Assembly (NCBI GenBank): GCA_002344895.1
Contig: DDUR01000034.1
Coordinates: forward strand, 95,935-159,934
DNA: 64,000 nucleotides
Origin: Ignavibacteria bacterium UBA2333
GTDB taxonomy: Bacteria; Bacteroidota; Ignavibacteria; Kapaibacteriales; Kapaibacteriaceae
Direction of reading: 5' to 3'
Part shown: one piece after another, positions 19,117 to 28,188 of the stretch
Numbering within the stretch: position 1 is the stretch's first letter
How the letters are laid out: every line of letters begins with the position of its first letter
Notes under the pieces: model-generated
Seen by the model: only the letters and a program-made list of their open reading frames with translations
The model's database searches: none
What the model was told of the DNA's origin: nothing
Program-made: the position numbers and the translations under genes

Positions 19117-21060
19117 TCAGGAGATGACCGATCGCATTACGGAATCGGCCAAAAAATCTCGCGTTACTCGTGCTATTCCAGGGGCATCGAGTTCTACATC
19201 GACATAGAGTTCATCCTGTGTCCCATGGTCGACGTATACATCATCGATACCATGAATACGGATATCGACACCGCGGTGGTGTTGGACGACGTACTCCGCT
19301 ACTGCAGAGCCAAAACCACCTTGACGCTGGCCATCTTCCACCGTGACAATACGACCGATTCGACGAGCAAGGTCGTCAATCATCGATGTGTCCAAGGGCT
19401 TTACGAATCGTGCGTTAACAACTTCTGCCGATATACCGTCGCGCTCGAGCATTTCAGCGGCAGCCATGGCTTTTGAAACCATATTTCCAATGGCGACAAT
19501 GGCAACGTCCTTTCCAGGCCGCAAAGTTTCACTCTTCCCTATGTCGATCGACGTCATTGGACGAATCGGAACACCGACAGAAGATCCTCGAGGATAGCGA
19601 ATACTGATTGGACCAGCAGTGTAGGAGTGGATTGCAGTCCAAAGCATGTCGCGAAGTTCCTGTTCGTCCTTGGGGGCCATCACAACCATACCTTGAATGA
19701 GCCTCAGATATCCAAGATCAAGCACACCATGATGCGTTGGACCATCGGCACCTACGAGCCCACTACGATCCAGGGCAAACACAACGTGCAGGTGTTGCAG
19801 CGCTACGTCATGGGCGATGTGGTCAAATGCTCTCTGCAGGAAACTGGAGTAAATAGCGACAACCGGGACAACACCCTGAGTTGCCAACCCTGCCGCAAAG
19901 GTCACTCCATGACCCTCTGCAATGCCGACATCGTAGATTCGGTCTGGAAAGTGTTTCTGAACAATGTCAAGGCCTGTCCCATCAGGCATAGCTGCCGTGA
20001 TACCAACAACCTTGGGATTGGTTGAACAGATCTCCACAAGCGCTTCTCCAAAGACCTTCTGATACGTTGGAGGAGCGGGTGTTGGTGGAGGAGCAGATGC
20101 TACTGCCTTACCCGTAATCTTGTCAACTTTTCCGATGGCATGTAAGAATTGTTTGTCACGTTCGGCCGGCCCATATCCCTTCCCCTTTTGTGTGATGGTG
20201 TGAAGAAGTATCGGGCCTCGCATTTCTCGAATACCGCGCAACATTTTTACTAATTGGGCTGTGTTATGGCCGTTGACGGGTCCGAAGTACTTAAACCCTA
20301 AGGCTTCGAACAACATACCTGGAGTTATGACGGCCTTCATCCCACCTTCGATCCGATGTGCCAGAGAGCGAATTCGGTCTCCAAGGTTGTCCATGCGCTC
20401 GGTCATACCGACGATTCCGTCTCGAAGACGACGTCCGGCAGGGGATGCAAACAGCTCAGAAAAATAGTTACTGAGTGCCCACACGTTTGGAGCTATTGAC
20501 ATGTTGTTGTCGTTCAGGACGACGAGGATGTCACTTTTTAACACACCGCAGTTATTCATAGCCTCATAGGCTAGCCCACCAGTCATTGCGCCATCACCGA
20601 TAACAGCGACAACCTTATAGTCCTGCTTCAGTTGATCACGCGCTGCAGCCATACCGAGAGCAGCACTGATAGATGTTGTGGCGTGTCCAGCTCCAAAATC
20701 ATCATACGTACTCTCTGAGCGTTTAAGGAAACCACTCAGACCATCCTTCTGACGGATTGTATGGAGAAGCCCCTTTCGCCCCGTAAGAATTTTATGCGGA
20801 TATGCTTGATGACCAGTATCCCATACGATTTTATCGTGTGGTGTGTTGAACACATAGTGCAACGCCACGGTTAACTCGACGGTGCCGAGTCCCGCGCCAA
20901 AGTGTCCACCAACCTTGGTGATCGTGTCGATGAGGTATTCACGTACGTCATCTGAGATCGCCCTGAGATCCGTCTCGGGAAATTTCCGGAGGTCATCAGG
21001 CGTGTCGATACGCGAAAGAAAGGGATAGTCCACAAGGTTTCCTTGGTTGTGCGAATTCAC
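19117..21060 (-). CDS. dxs: 1-deoxy-D-xylulose-5-phosphate synthase
   Basis: The core is GGHFGAGLGTVELTVALHYVFNTPHDKIVWDTGHQAYPHKILTGR, with TPP-binding and transketolase-like domains. The ORF track extends to an ATG at 21129 or 21303. I place the start at the GTG at 21060-21058, 1 nt after the upstream TGA, which gives the usual ~11 aa before YPFLSRIDTP. The start is uncertain. Confidence 0.85.
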   Translation of the reverse strand: MNSHNQGNLVDYPFLSRIDTPDDLRKFPETDLRAISDDVREYLIDTITKVGGHFGAGLGTVELTVALHYVFNTPHDKIVWDTGHQAYPHKILTGRKGLLHTIRQKDGLSGFLKRSESTYDDFGAGHATTSISAALGMAAARDQLKQDYKVVAVIGDGAMTGGLAYEAMNNCGVLKSDILVVLNDNNMSIAPNVWALSNYFSELFASPAGRRLRDGIVGMTERMDNLGDRIRSLAHRIEGGMKAVITPGMLFEALGFKYFGPVNGHNTAQLVKMLRGIREMRGPILLHTITQKGKGYGPAERDKQFLHAIGKVDKITGKAVASAPPPTPAPPTYQKVFGEALVEICSTNPKVVGITAAMPDGTGLDIVQKHFPDRIYDVGIAEGHGVTFAAGLATQGVVPVVAIYSSFLQRAFDHIAHDVALQHLHVVFALDRSGLVGADGPTHHGVLDLGYLRLIQGMVVMAPKDEQELRDMLWTAIHSYTAGPISIRYPRGSSVGVPIRPMTSIDIGKSETLRPGKDVAIVAIGNMVSKAMAAAEMLERDGISAEVVNARFVKPLDTSMIDDLARRIGRIVTVEDGQRQGGFGSAVAEYVVQHHRGVDIRIHGIDDVYVDHGTQDELYVDVELDAPGIARVTRDFLADSVMRSVIS

Positions 21061-21061
21061 G

Positions 21062-23047
21062 TCAGCGTCGTGGAGTTTCAACGATGACTTGAACGGTGCG
21101 GGAAAGCTGACGTCCGATTGGTGACGCATTCGGAAAGATCTCCGTTGACTCACCAACGCCACTCGACGAATACGTAGCGTCTTTTGCTCTACTTTGGAGA
21201 AACAATCGAACAGTCTGTGCGCGTTCCGCAGAGAGTTTTTTGTTGTAATCGTCACCACCGATTCGATCCGTGTATCCGATAACCGAAACACGGCTATTTG
21301 CACGAATGCTCGGCAGTACCATCATTTCAAGGATTCGCTGATTGTCCTCGTTTAATGTTGCTTTGTCAAAGTCAAACAGGATCAGCGAGTACTTGTCAAC
21401 GGTTCTGTCGGGAAGATTTTCTGTGCGCTTGCGGACACTTGAGACGTAGTCAACCGGAATTGTGCCGACAACAGTTGTTGAGTCTCCACCAGCAGTGCGA
21501 GCCGTAAACTCGAAATCAACAGGTACTTGCTGTGAGGAAAGGTCATTGGGTTTAATCGACCATCCTATTGTTGATGGTCGACCACGTCCTTGAAGGGAGC
21601 GAAGGGGGCGTCCAGCCTGGAGAATCTCCAGGGACCATGTCGATACCGAATCCTCTGATTCAACAACTGGATGGAAGTTGACCAGGTCTGGTGTTGAGAC
21701 ACGTTGATTGTCGGCCGTAATCACGACTGGCGCGAGAATGTCGGGTACATTCGAAGAGAATTCAACACGACGATTTTCGGCAATTCCATCTGGATCTGTT
21801 GATGAGCTTGGGCGTGACGGTGATGATGATGTTCGAACGGCAATGCGGTCAGCATCAATGCCAAAGGAAGAGACGAGATAGGCTTTTGCCCATTCTGCTC
21901 GTTTACGCGCGAGACCATCACGGTCGCCGTTTTTACCGAGTTCTTTGCCATCGGTAGTACCTGTTATCGTTAACGTCGCCTGAGGTGTTTTCTTCAAACG
22001 AGCCCCGATGACGTTCAGCAGGTTTCGGTTCACTTCAACGGCATCAAGAGGTAACGACTCCGGCATAAAGTCACCACTCATCGGGTCGATACCGCCGGTC
22101 TGTAAATCGGCGCCGGGTGACGGTTGCCCTTCATTGGCAAACATGTACGGAACAAGAGGGAACATCTCGTTATAGCGTACATCTTCAACCGTTAGCTCCC
22201 GAACATCATACTCGCGGCCATCACGATCGAAAGCAGTGATGCGACCCATTGATGCATTCAGCGATGACGATCTTGATGTTGGTGTCGATGTCGATTCGGA
22301 AAAACCGAAGAAGATATTGACGCCAAGACGAAGTTGCCCAACCTTCCACGGAGAGAACGCTTCGTCACCTGAGACGTTGGTAAGAGGTAGACGATAGGTG
22401 AGTTCCGGTTGTACGTACCAGGACGAGTCGATACGGAATGTATATCCAGCGCCGATTAAAAAGGCAGCACGTATTGTCGTATTCGGAATGTCTTCGCTCG
22501 ACGCCACCGTCTCAGTGCCATTCGAGTTCTGTTGTCGGTACGATACTGTCTGAGAAAATGTCGAGTTGAGCGGAATACCAAGCTCAAGTCCAACGATTGG
22601 ATGAAGGTTGACACCACGAATGAGATTGTAGAACTCAAACGCTGGAGTGATCTCAAGAGTTGCCACCGATGATTCAAATGAACTCGTCACCGATGTTGTT
22701 GACGTATCCTGAACACCTGAGAAATCTGTTGACAGATTGTTATACCCTAGACGTCCAGAGAAATGAATCGTCGACGTCAATGGTACTCCGAAGAGCAAAT
22801 TGGCTGCTAGACCAGGTACCATACTTCCATCGGTCATACGAGCCGATGTTCTGTTGGCAAATCCGAATGCTGGGTCTATGGGCTGATAACCACGCCATGT
22901 CTGGACCGACGCACTTGGCGTGTTCAGCCCCAAACCGAGGTGCAGACCAAATCGTGATGGCGGAATGATGTTGTCCTGAGCGTGTATCGACGGGACATTG
23001 AATGTCATGGCCGCTGCTGCTACGGCCAGAATACGCTTCGTCATGGG
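21062..23047 (-). CDS. outer-membrane protein: N-terminal beta-barrel plus two OmpA-like C-terminal domains
   Basis: It has a signal peptide (MPMTKRILAVAAAAMTFNVPSIHAQ) and a beta-barrel-like N-terminal half. Two OmpA-type blocks follow (TITGTTDGKELGKNGDRDGLARKRAEWAKAYL...NRRVEF and ILFDFDKATLNEDNQRILE...GYTDRIGGDDYNKKLSAERAQTV). Confidence 0.7.
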   Translation of the reverse strand, partial: PMTKRILAVAAAAMTFNVPSIHAQDNIIPPSRFGLHLGLGLNTPSASVQTWRGYQPIDPAFGFANRTSARMTDGSMVPGLAANLLFGVPLTSTIHFSGRLGYNNLSTDFSGVQDTSTTSVTSSFESSVATLEITPAFEFYNLIRGVNLHPIVGLELGIPLNSTFSQTVSYRQQNSNGTETVASSEDIPNTTIRAAFLIGAGYTFRIDSSWYVQPELTYRLPLTNVSGDEAFSPWKVGQLRLGVNIFFGFSESTSTPTSRSSSLNASMGRITAFDRDGREYDVRELTVEDVRYNEMFPLVPYMFANEGQPSPGADLQTGGIDPMSGDFMPESLPLDAVEVNRNLLNVIGARLKKTPQATLTITGTTDGKELGKNGDRDGLARKRAEWAKAYLVSSFGIDADRIAVRTSSSPSRPSSSTDPDGIAENRRVEFSSNVPDILAPVVITADNQRVSTPDLVNFHPVVESEDSVSTWSLEILQAGRPLRSLQGRGRPSTIGWSIKPNDLSSQQVPVDFEFTARTAGGDSTTVVGTIPVDYVSSVRKRTENLPDRTVDKYSLILFDFDKATLNEDNQRILEMMVLPSIRANSRVSVIGYTDRIGGDDYNKKLSAERAQTVRLFLQSRAKDATYSSSGVGESTEIFPNASPIGRQLSRTVQVIVETPRR

Positions 23048-23201
23048 CATTGTACGTTGCTGGTGAAGATGCAAAAGTAGGGGATTCTGTTGTGCTATCC
23101 CGACCAATAGGTCGGAAGGTTCGACGTATACCGTTCGTGTGAACGTCATGCAACTAACACGATGCATATTCGTTCCATGCGCCCGTACATTGGAACTCAC
23201 C

Positions 23202-23879
23202 ATGAACCGCCGCCTCATACTTCCGCTTGTTTCGTTTGCTGTACTGGTAACGACTGGTTTCGCATCGGACAATCATGACAAAACAGAGGGACTGCGTCTC
23301 GGAATAGACGTTGGCCCATCATTACCGAGTACGGCACTTGTTGACGTGTATGACGCCCTCGGTGAATCAAACGTTGTGAATGCCTATGAACTCGCAACGT
23401 CATTGGGTTATCATATTGGTGCTCGTGGTCGTGCTGGTCTTGACGATGCTGTGAGTTTGTCGTTTGGTGTTGCCTATCACCGCTTTCCGAGTTTTACACT
23501 CAATCTTACAGATTCAACCGGGCGTCGACTCAGTTTTGCGACTGCGACAAACATCGTCCCAATCAATGTCGGCCTTGCTCTTCGTGCGCCCATTTCCTTG
23601 TTTGAGCCATACATTCAAGGCGATGTTTTAATAGTCCATCATTCGACGACAATTTCCGAAGGTGACAAATCCATCCTGCTAAACCTCGTAGATCCCGGTG
23701 TTGAGGTTGAGCCATCGTATACAAGATTTGGTGCTCAGTTGTCAGCAGGGATTGGTATGAACATAGCCGGAATGCAACCATTTGTCGAGTTCCGGTATGC
23801 GTGGACAAACCTCGTAGGAAGACCTGACGGCGAGGAACAAAAGGCCTATGCGTCCATTAGCGTCGGTCTGTTCTTTTGA
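23202..23879 (+). CDS. small outer-membrane beta-barrel protein (porin-like)
   Basis: It has a signal peptide (MNRRLILPLVSFAVLVTTGFA), alternating amphipathic beta-strands and a C-terminal ...SISVGLFF ending in Phe. Confidence 0.5.
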   Translation: MNRRLILPLVSFAVLVTTGFASDNHDKTEGLRLGIDVGPSLPSTALVDVYDALGESNVVNAYELATSLGYHIGARGRAGLDDAVSLSFGVAYHRFPSFTLNLTDSTGRRLSFATATNIVPINVGLALRAPISLFEPYIQGDVLIVHHSTTISEGDKSILLNLVDPGVEVEPSYTRFGAQLSAGIGMNIAGMQPFVEFRYAWTNLVGRPDGEEQKAYASISVGLFF

Positions 23880-25299
23880 ACCACCAATAGAGCGGTACTC
23901 CAGTCCCTAGGAGTATCAGTCCCCACAACGAATTAATAATCGGACTGTCGCCATTCCGATAATTGTTGATGTCGCTCACGATTGTGAATACGAGGAACGT
24001 GATGGCAAACACGATAAAGACAATGGGTACTACAGGATAACCCCATGTCTTGTAGGGACGAACAGCGTCGGGCATACGTCGACGAAGAATAAACACACCG
24101 TACGCGCCAAGTGCATAAAAACCCCAACTCACAAAAATGAGCATGTCGGTTAGCATGTCGAACGTTCCCGAGAAGATGAGAACGGTTGTCCATGCTAGTT
24201 GCATCCAGAGGGATGTCATTGGCGTTGAGAACCGCGGGTGAACATCCGCTGCTGGAGCAAAGAATCGTTTTTCCTTTGCCATTGCATAGTACACGCGAGA
24301 TGACGCGAGAATGGTGCCGTTCGATGTTCCTACAGTGCTGATCATTACCGCAATACTGACAAAGGCCGCACCAAAGGGTCCAAGAACAATTCGTGCTGCG
24401 TCGGATGCGACTGATGTTGACCCTGAGAGGGCATCAATTGGTAAGATGTAGAGATATGCTACGTTGATAAGAGCATACACACCAACACAGATCGCAGTTC
24501 CGATCATGAGGGCACGTGGAATTGTTCGTTGTGGATCACGAACTTCACCCGAGACATACGTCAGATTATTCCATCCATCATACGACCAAAGGGCCTTATT
24601 CATTGCCATTGCAAGTGCAAAGAGTAGTGCCGTGCCGGTGGGTACAGCCATCGCACTTGGAGCTGTTACGTTTGTAAGTGTGCCTTGCGAACTTGTAAAG
24701 ACCACAGCTATGAGAAAGAGTATTGCTGCAACCTTCGCTGTTGTGAAGACAACTTGAACACGACCACCCTCACGCACACCAATGGCGTTGATTATCGTCA
24801 GCACAAACACCGTTGCAAACGTCAGGAGTTTGATGCCGATCTGTTTCAGGGGGTACAGTGTGGCAAAGGGAAGTGCAATACTCCATGATTCCGATATCGA
24901 TGCGTCAAGCTCCCACAAGGGAATCACACTATTGAAGTATTCGGCAAAAACAAAGGTGATACTGGCAATCGAGCCCGATTGAATGACGGCGAAGAGTGCC
25001 CATCCGTACAGGAAGGCCATAAAGTCACCATACATCACGCGGAAATAATGGTACTGTCCGCCAGTAGCCGGAATCAGACCTGCCACCTCGGCGTTCGTCA
25101 ATGCGCCGAACATTGTCACGAGTCCTGCGAGAATCCAAACACCCAGAAGCAGTTCCGGCGAGTGCAGGAATCCTGCCATGGCTGACGGATTACGAAATAT
25201 TCCGGAGCCGATGACTCCTCCCACAACGAGTGTTGTTGTGGTCACAAGACCTAGAGTTGGGAGTAAACGAGCCCCCTTTGCCCCCTGCGACACTTCCAT
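23857..25299 (-). CDS. amino-acid permease (APC superfamily)
   Basis: It has 12 TM helices and an APC-type N-terminus (TLGLVTTTTLVVGGVIGSGIF). Confidence 0.85.
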   Translation of the reverse strand: MEVSQGAKGARLLPTLGLVTTTTLVVGGVIGSGIFRNPSAMAGFLHSPELLLGVWILAGLVTMFGALTNAEVAGLIPATGGQYHYFRVMYGDFMAFLYGWALFAVIQSGSIASITFVFAEYFNSVIPLWELDASISESWSIALPFATLYPLKQIGIKLLTFATVFVLTIINAIGVREGGRVQVVFTTAKVAAILFLIAVVFTSSQGTLTNVTAPSAMAVPTGTALLFALAMAMNKALWSYDGWNNLTYVSGEVRDPQRTIPRALMIGTAICVGVYALINVAYLYILPIDALSGSTSVASDAARIVLGPFGAAFVSIAVMISTVGTSNGTILASSRVYYAMAKEKRFFAPAADVHPRFSTPMTSLWMQLAWTTVLIFSGTFDMLTDMLIFVSWGFYALGAYGVFILRRRMPDAVRPYKTWGYPVVPIVFIVFAITFLVFTIVSDINNYRNGDSPIINSLWGLILLGTGVPLYWWFKRTDRR

Positions 25300-25378
25300 T
25301 CTTCCTCTCTGTCCTTACGCTTGTCTGCTGTAGTGTTACCTGCCGAAGATAGGGCATTGTCGTACATTTGAACCCGTC

Positions 25379-26095
25379 ATGATCGTCGCAATTCTTCTCG
25401 GCACCGTCATCGGATTCGTTTTGGCAATCCCGCCAGGACCAATTGGTATGGCTGCAATTCGGACTGGTATGCGCCAGGGTTGGGGTGCTGCGATGAAGTT
25501 ATCAATCGGAGCCGGGCTCTTTGATCTTGTCTATTGCGCCCTCGCCATGCTTGCGACGTCTGCCGTCGTTAATGCACTTGATTCCGTCGAACAGGGTAAT
25601 CCACTCGTCACGATTATTCTTCAACTCGTCATCGTTGTTGCGATGATCGTGTTTGGTATCGTCATGTTTCGTGAGCGTCCGGTAACGGATGAAGATGTTC
25701 CGCTCAAATCGGGACGCAAGGGGCCACTTGCATGGTTCCAATCGCACGGTCCATTTTTTGTAGGCGTCGGTTTTGCCATCGCGAATCTTGCTAATCCGAC
25801 ATTCATTCCCGCCCTGGCTGCCATGACAACGTCGGTGCAGAACCTTGAACTGTATGCATCCGATACAACGAGTGACATGGCCTTTGCCGTCGGTTTTGGT
25901 GCTGGTAATGTCTTATGGCTCTTTACGCTTGTGCGTCTTGTGCTTCATTATCGTGATAAGATGACACCTGTATTCTTACGAAGGATTCAACAGGTTTCAG
26001 GACTAACCCTCATTGGTTTCGGTACGTACTTTGGCTTTCGTATTCTTGCCGTTGCGAGATGGGCCGACATCACGAAGATGCTTTTCGCCTTGTAG
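25379..26095 (+). CDS. LysE/RhtB-family amino-acid exporter-like membrane protein
   Basis: MIVAILLGTVIGFVLAIPPGPIGMAAIRTG... matches the LysE-type N-terminal motif and a 6-TM topology. Confidence 0.55.
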   Translation: MIVAILLGTVIGFVLAIPPGPIGMAAIRTGMRQGWGAAMKLSIGAGLFDLVYCALAMLATSAVVNALDSVEQGNPLVTIILQLVIVVAMIVFGIVMFRERPVTDEDVPLKSGRKGPLAWFQSHGPFFVGVGFAIANLANPTFIPALAAMTTSVQNLELYASDTTSDMAFAVGFGAGNVLWLFTLVRLVLHYRDKMTPVFLRRIQQVSGLTLIGFGTYFGFRILAVARWADITKMLFAL

Positions 26096-26190
26096 TTGTT
26101 GTCACGATCTGTACTCGTTCGACAGCGATCTAGGTGTACGTGTAACGACTGATGATGTAGCGGATTCCTCGCTCACCACAACGAGGCAGA

Positions 26191-28188
26191 ATGAGACGAT
26201 TTGCACTTCTAATGTTGGTCACCGCAGGAATACTGTCGTGGACACAGGCGTCAGCACAACGTTCGTCCATCGGCGTGAAGGGTGGTTACCTCCACGTTAT
26301 GAACACATCAACAATCTCCATTATTCCCGGCAGTACAGACTGTGGGACGTTCCGAGATGGTACGTCCGCTGGACTGTTTGCAGGTCTGACGGGAGAGTAT
26401 GCGTTGCTAGGTGACGTACTAGAAGCTACGGCCGCTATTGTGTATTCACTTCGCCCGGCTACCCTTGTAGAACCATCGAACGACAACTTTGAGGTTCTTG
26501 ATCCAACGACCAACTCCTACGTACCACTCCAACGCGAACATACCTTTACGAGCTCTCTAGGTTATGTCGCCGTTGAACTCGGTCTTCGTTCGCGCCCATT
26601 TGCCGAGATCCCCGTCTACATTCGCGCTTCGTTTGACGCAGGCAATGCCATTGTCGATGGTACCTATTCACAGACAGAACGAATCGTATCCCCAGAGAGC
26701 GTACTTTTTCCGAACGATCGTAAAACTCGAACAACGGGATCAGGAGAGATTGTAGGACTTGGTACGGCATATGGTGTTGGTGGTGCAATCGGTGGTGTTT
26801 TACCACTTGGCGCAAACCTCGAGTTATGTCCAGAAGTTGGATATCGCCTAGGTCTCAATTCCTTGATATCAACGGATTCCTGGAAACAGTCGATGATTTC
26901 TGGGGGTATTCAGCTACGGTATCGTTTTGGTGGAGATGAAGCCGAGCCTCCAGCGTTGCCCCCGGAACCTCCACGTGAACGTGATACAACTCCGCCACCG
27001 ATTGTGACGATCACGCCGGACCCACTTCCGGTGCCACCGGTTGTTATTACAAGCGTGTCCACAACTCCGCTGGAAATACGTGAGACCGTTGTTACGCAAA
27101 CGTATCCTCTGCTTCCGTACGTCTTCTTTGATAGTGCGTCTGCAACCTTGCCGAACAAGTACGTTACAACAGAGAACACAGCGACTTTCTCGGAGGTAAA
27201 TCTTCCAAAAAAGACACTGCCGATATATTATCGCATGTTTGATATTATCGGTAAGAGAATGGCAGACAATCCTTCAGCTGTTTTGATAGTGACAGGTACA
27301 ACCGATGGTCGTGAAGATATCCGTCAACGTGATGACCTGGCACGTCGGAGAGCCGAAGCCGTCGTAGACCGTATTGCGCAGCGATGGAATCTTCCACGTT
27401 CTCGATTTGTCATTCGTACGGTTGATAAACCAACGTTCCCTACGAGTGATCGTTACCTTGAGGGCATTGAAGAGAATCGTCGTGTTGAACTCTCGTCAGC
27501 GACGTCAGCGTTACTCGCTCCCGTTGTCCATACCCGGTTTAAGGAATACGTGCCAATTGTTACTGAGCATACGTTTTCCGTTTCAACAGAGAATCCTGCA
27601 CTGGCCAACCAGTGGGACATGGTTGTGAGCAGAGAAGCACAGGAACTTGATCGTCAAGGGGCACAAGGGGCCCCTCCAGAATCGGTCAAGTTTACTTTAA
27701 CACAAACACTCACCGAGAAGATTGGGCCAATGCTTCAAGAGAGGGACAGACTACGAGCTGACCTTCAGGTGGTAACGGCCGATACCAGTGCTAATGCCTC
27801 AACGTCGTTCCCGGTGATCAAGACCGTAAGTAACTACGAAGTCTCACGGCTGAGTCTGATTGTGTTTGACTTCGACCAGGCAGGTATCACGGAACAGAAC
27901 CGACAAATGATGAATCGTGTTGTTGCAGCATCTGCAACACCACGTAGTACGGCAACAATTCGCGGATCGACAGATCGATTGGGAGAACTTCGTCATAACA
28001 TGGAGCTTTCATCTGCGCGAGCAAAATCCGTTGAGTCCTATCTCAGATCAACGGCCCCTCAACTGAAGATCACGGAAGTGGTTGGTACCGGGCCGTCTGA
28101 ATTACCGTATGACAATACCTTGCCTGAAGGCAGATTCTACTGCCGGACGGTATCCTTGACGATCACGACACCGCTGAGGGAACCATGA
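26191..28188 (+). CDS. outer-membrane protein, paralogue of 21062-23047 (beta-barrel + Pro-rich linker + two OmpA-like domains)
   Basis: It has a signal peptide (MRRFALLMLVTAGILSWTQASAQ) and a PPxPP-rich linker. The OmpA-like blocks are LIVTGTTDGREDIRQRDDLARRRAEAVVDRI...NRRVELSS and LIVFDFDQAGITEQNRQMMNRVV...GSTDRLGELRHNMELSSARAKSVESYL. The architecture and motifs match those of the paralogue on the minus strand. Confidence 0.7.
   Translation: MRRFALLMLVTAGILSWTQASAQRSSIGVKGGYLHVMNTSTISIIPGSTDCGTFRDGTSAGLFAGLTGEYALLGDVLEATAAIVYSLRPATLVEPSNDNFEVLDPTTNSYVPLQREHTFTSSLGYVAVELGLRSRPFAEIPVYIRASFDAGNAIVDGTYSQTERIVSPESVLFPNDRKTRTTGSGEIVGLGTAYGVGGAIGGVLPLGANLELCPEVGYRLGLNSLISTDSWKQSMISGGIQLRYRFGGDEAEPPALPPEPPRERDTTPPPIVTITPDPLPVPPVVITSVSTTPLEIRETVVTQTYPLLPYVFFDSASATLPNKYVTTENTATFSEVNLPKKTLPIYYRMFDIIGKRMADNPSAVLIVTGTTDGREDIRQRDDLARRRAEAVVDRIAQRWNLPRSRFVIRTVDKPTFPTSDRYLEGIEENRRVELSSATSALLAPVVHTRFKEYVPIVTEHTFSVSTENPALANQWDMVVSREAQELDRQGAQGAPPESVKFTLTQTLTEKIGPMLQERDRLRADLQVVTADTSANASTSFPVIKTVSNYEVSRLSLIVFDFDQAGITEQNRQMMNRVVAASATPRSTATIRGSTDRLGELRHNMELSSARAKSVESYLRSTAPQLKITEVVGTGPSELPYDNTLPEGRFYCRTVSLTITTPLREP

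Noticed and set aside
19225-20467. Several 60-130-aa plus-strand ORFs inside dxs
   Set aside because: They are antisense to a highly conserved enzyme gene, have no recognisable domains and give low-complexity translations.
19013-23272. tRNA-Lys followed by a long ORF, considered as a possible integrated element
   Set aside because: The adjacent genes are dxs and an OmpA-like housekeeping gene. There is no integrase, excisionase, direct repeat of the tRNA 3' end or compositional break.
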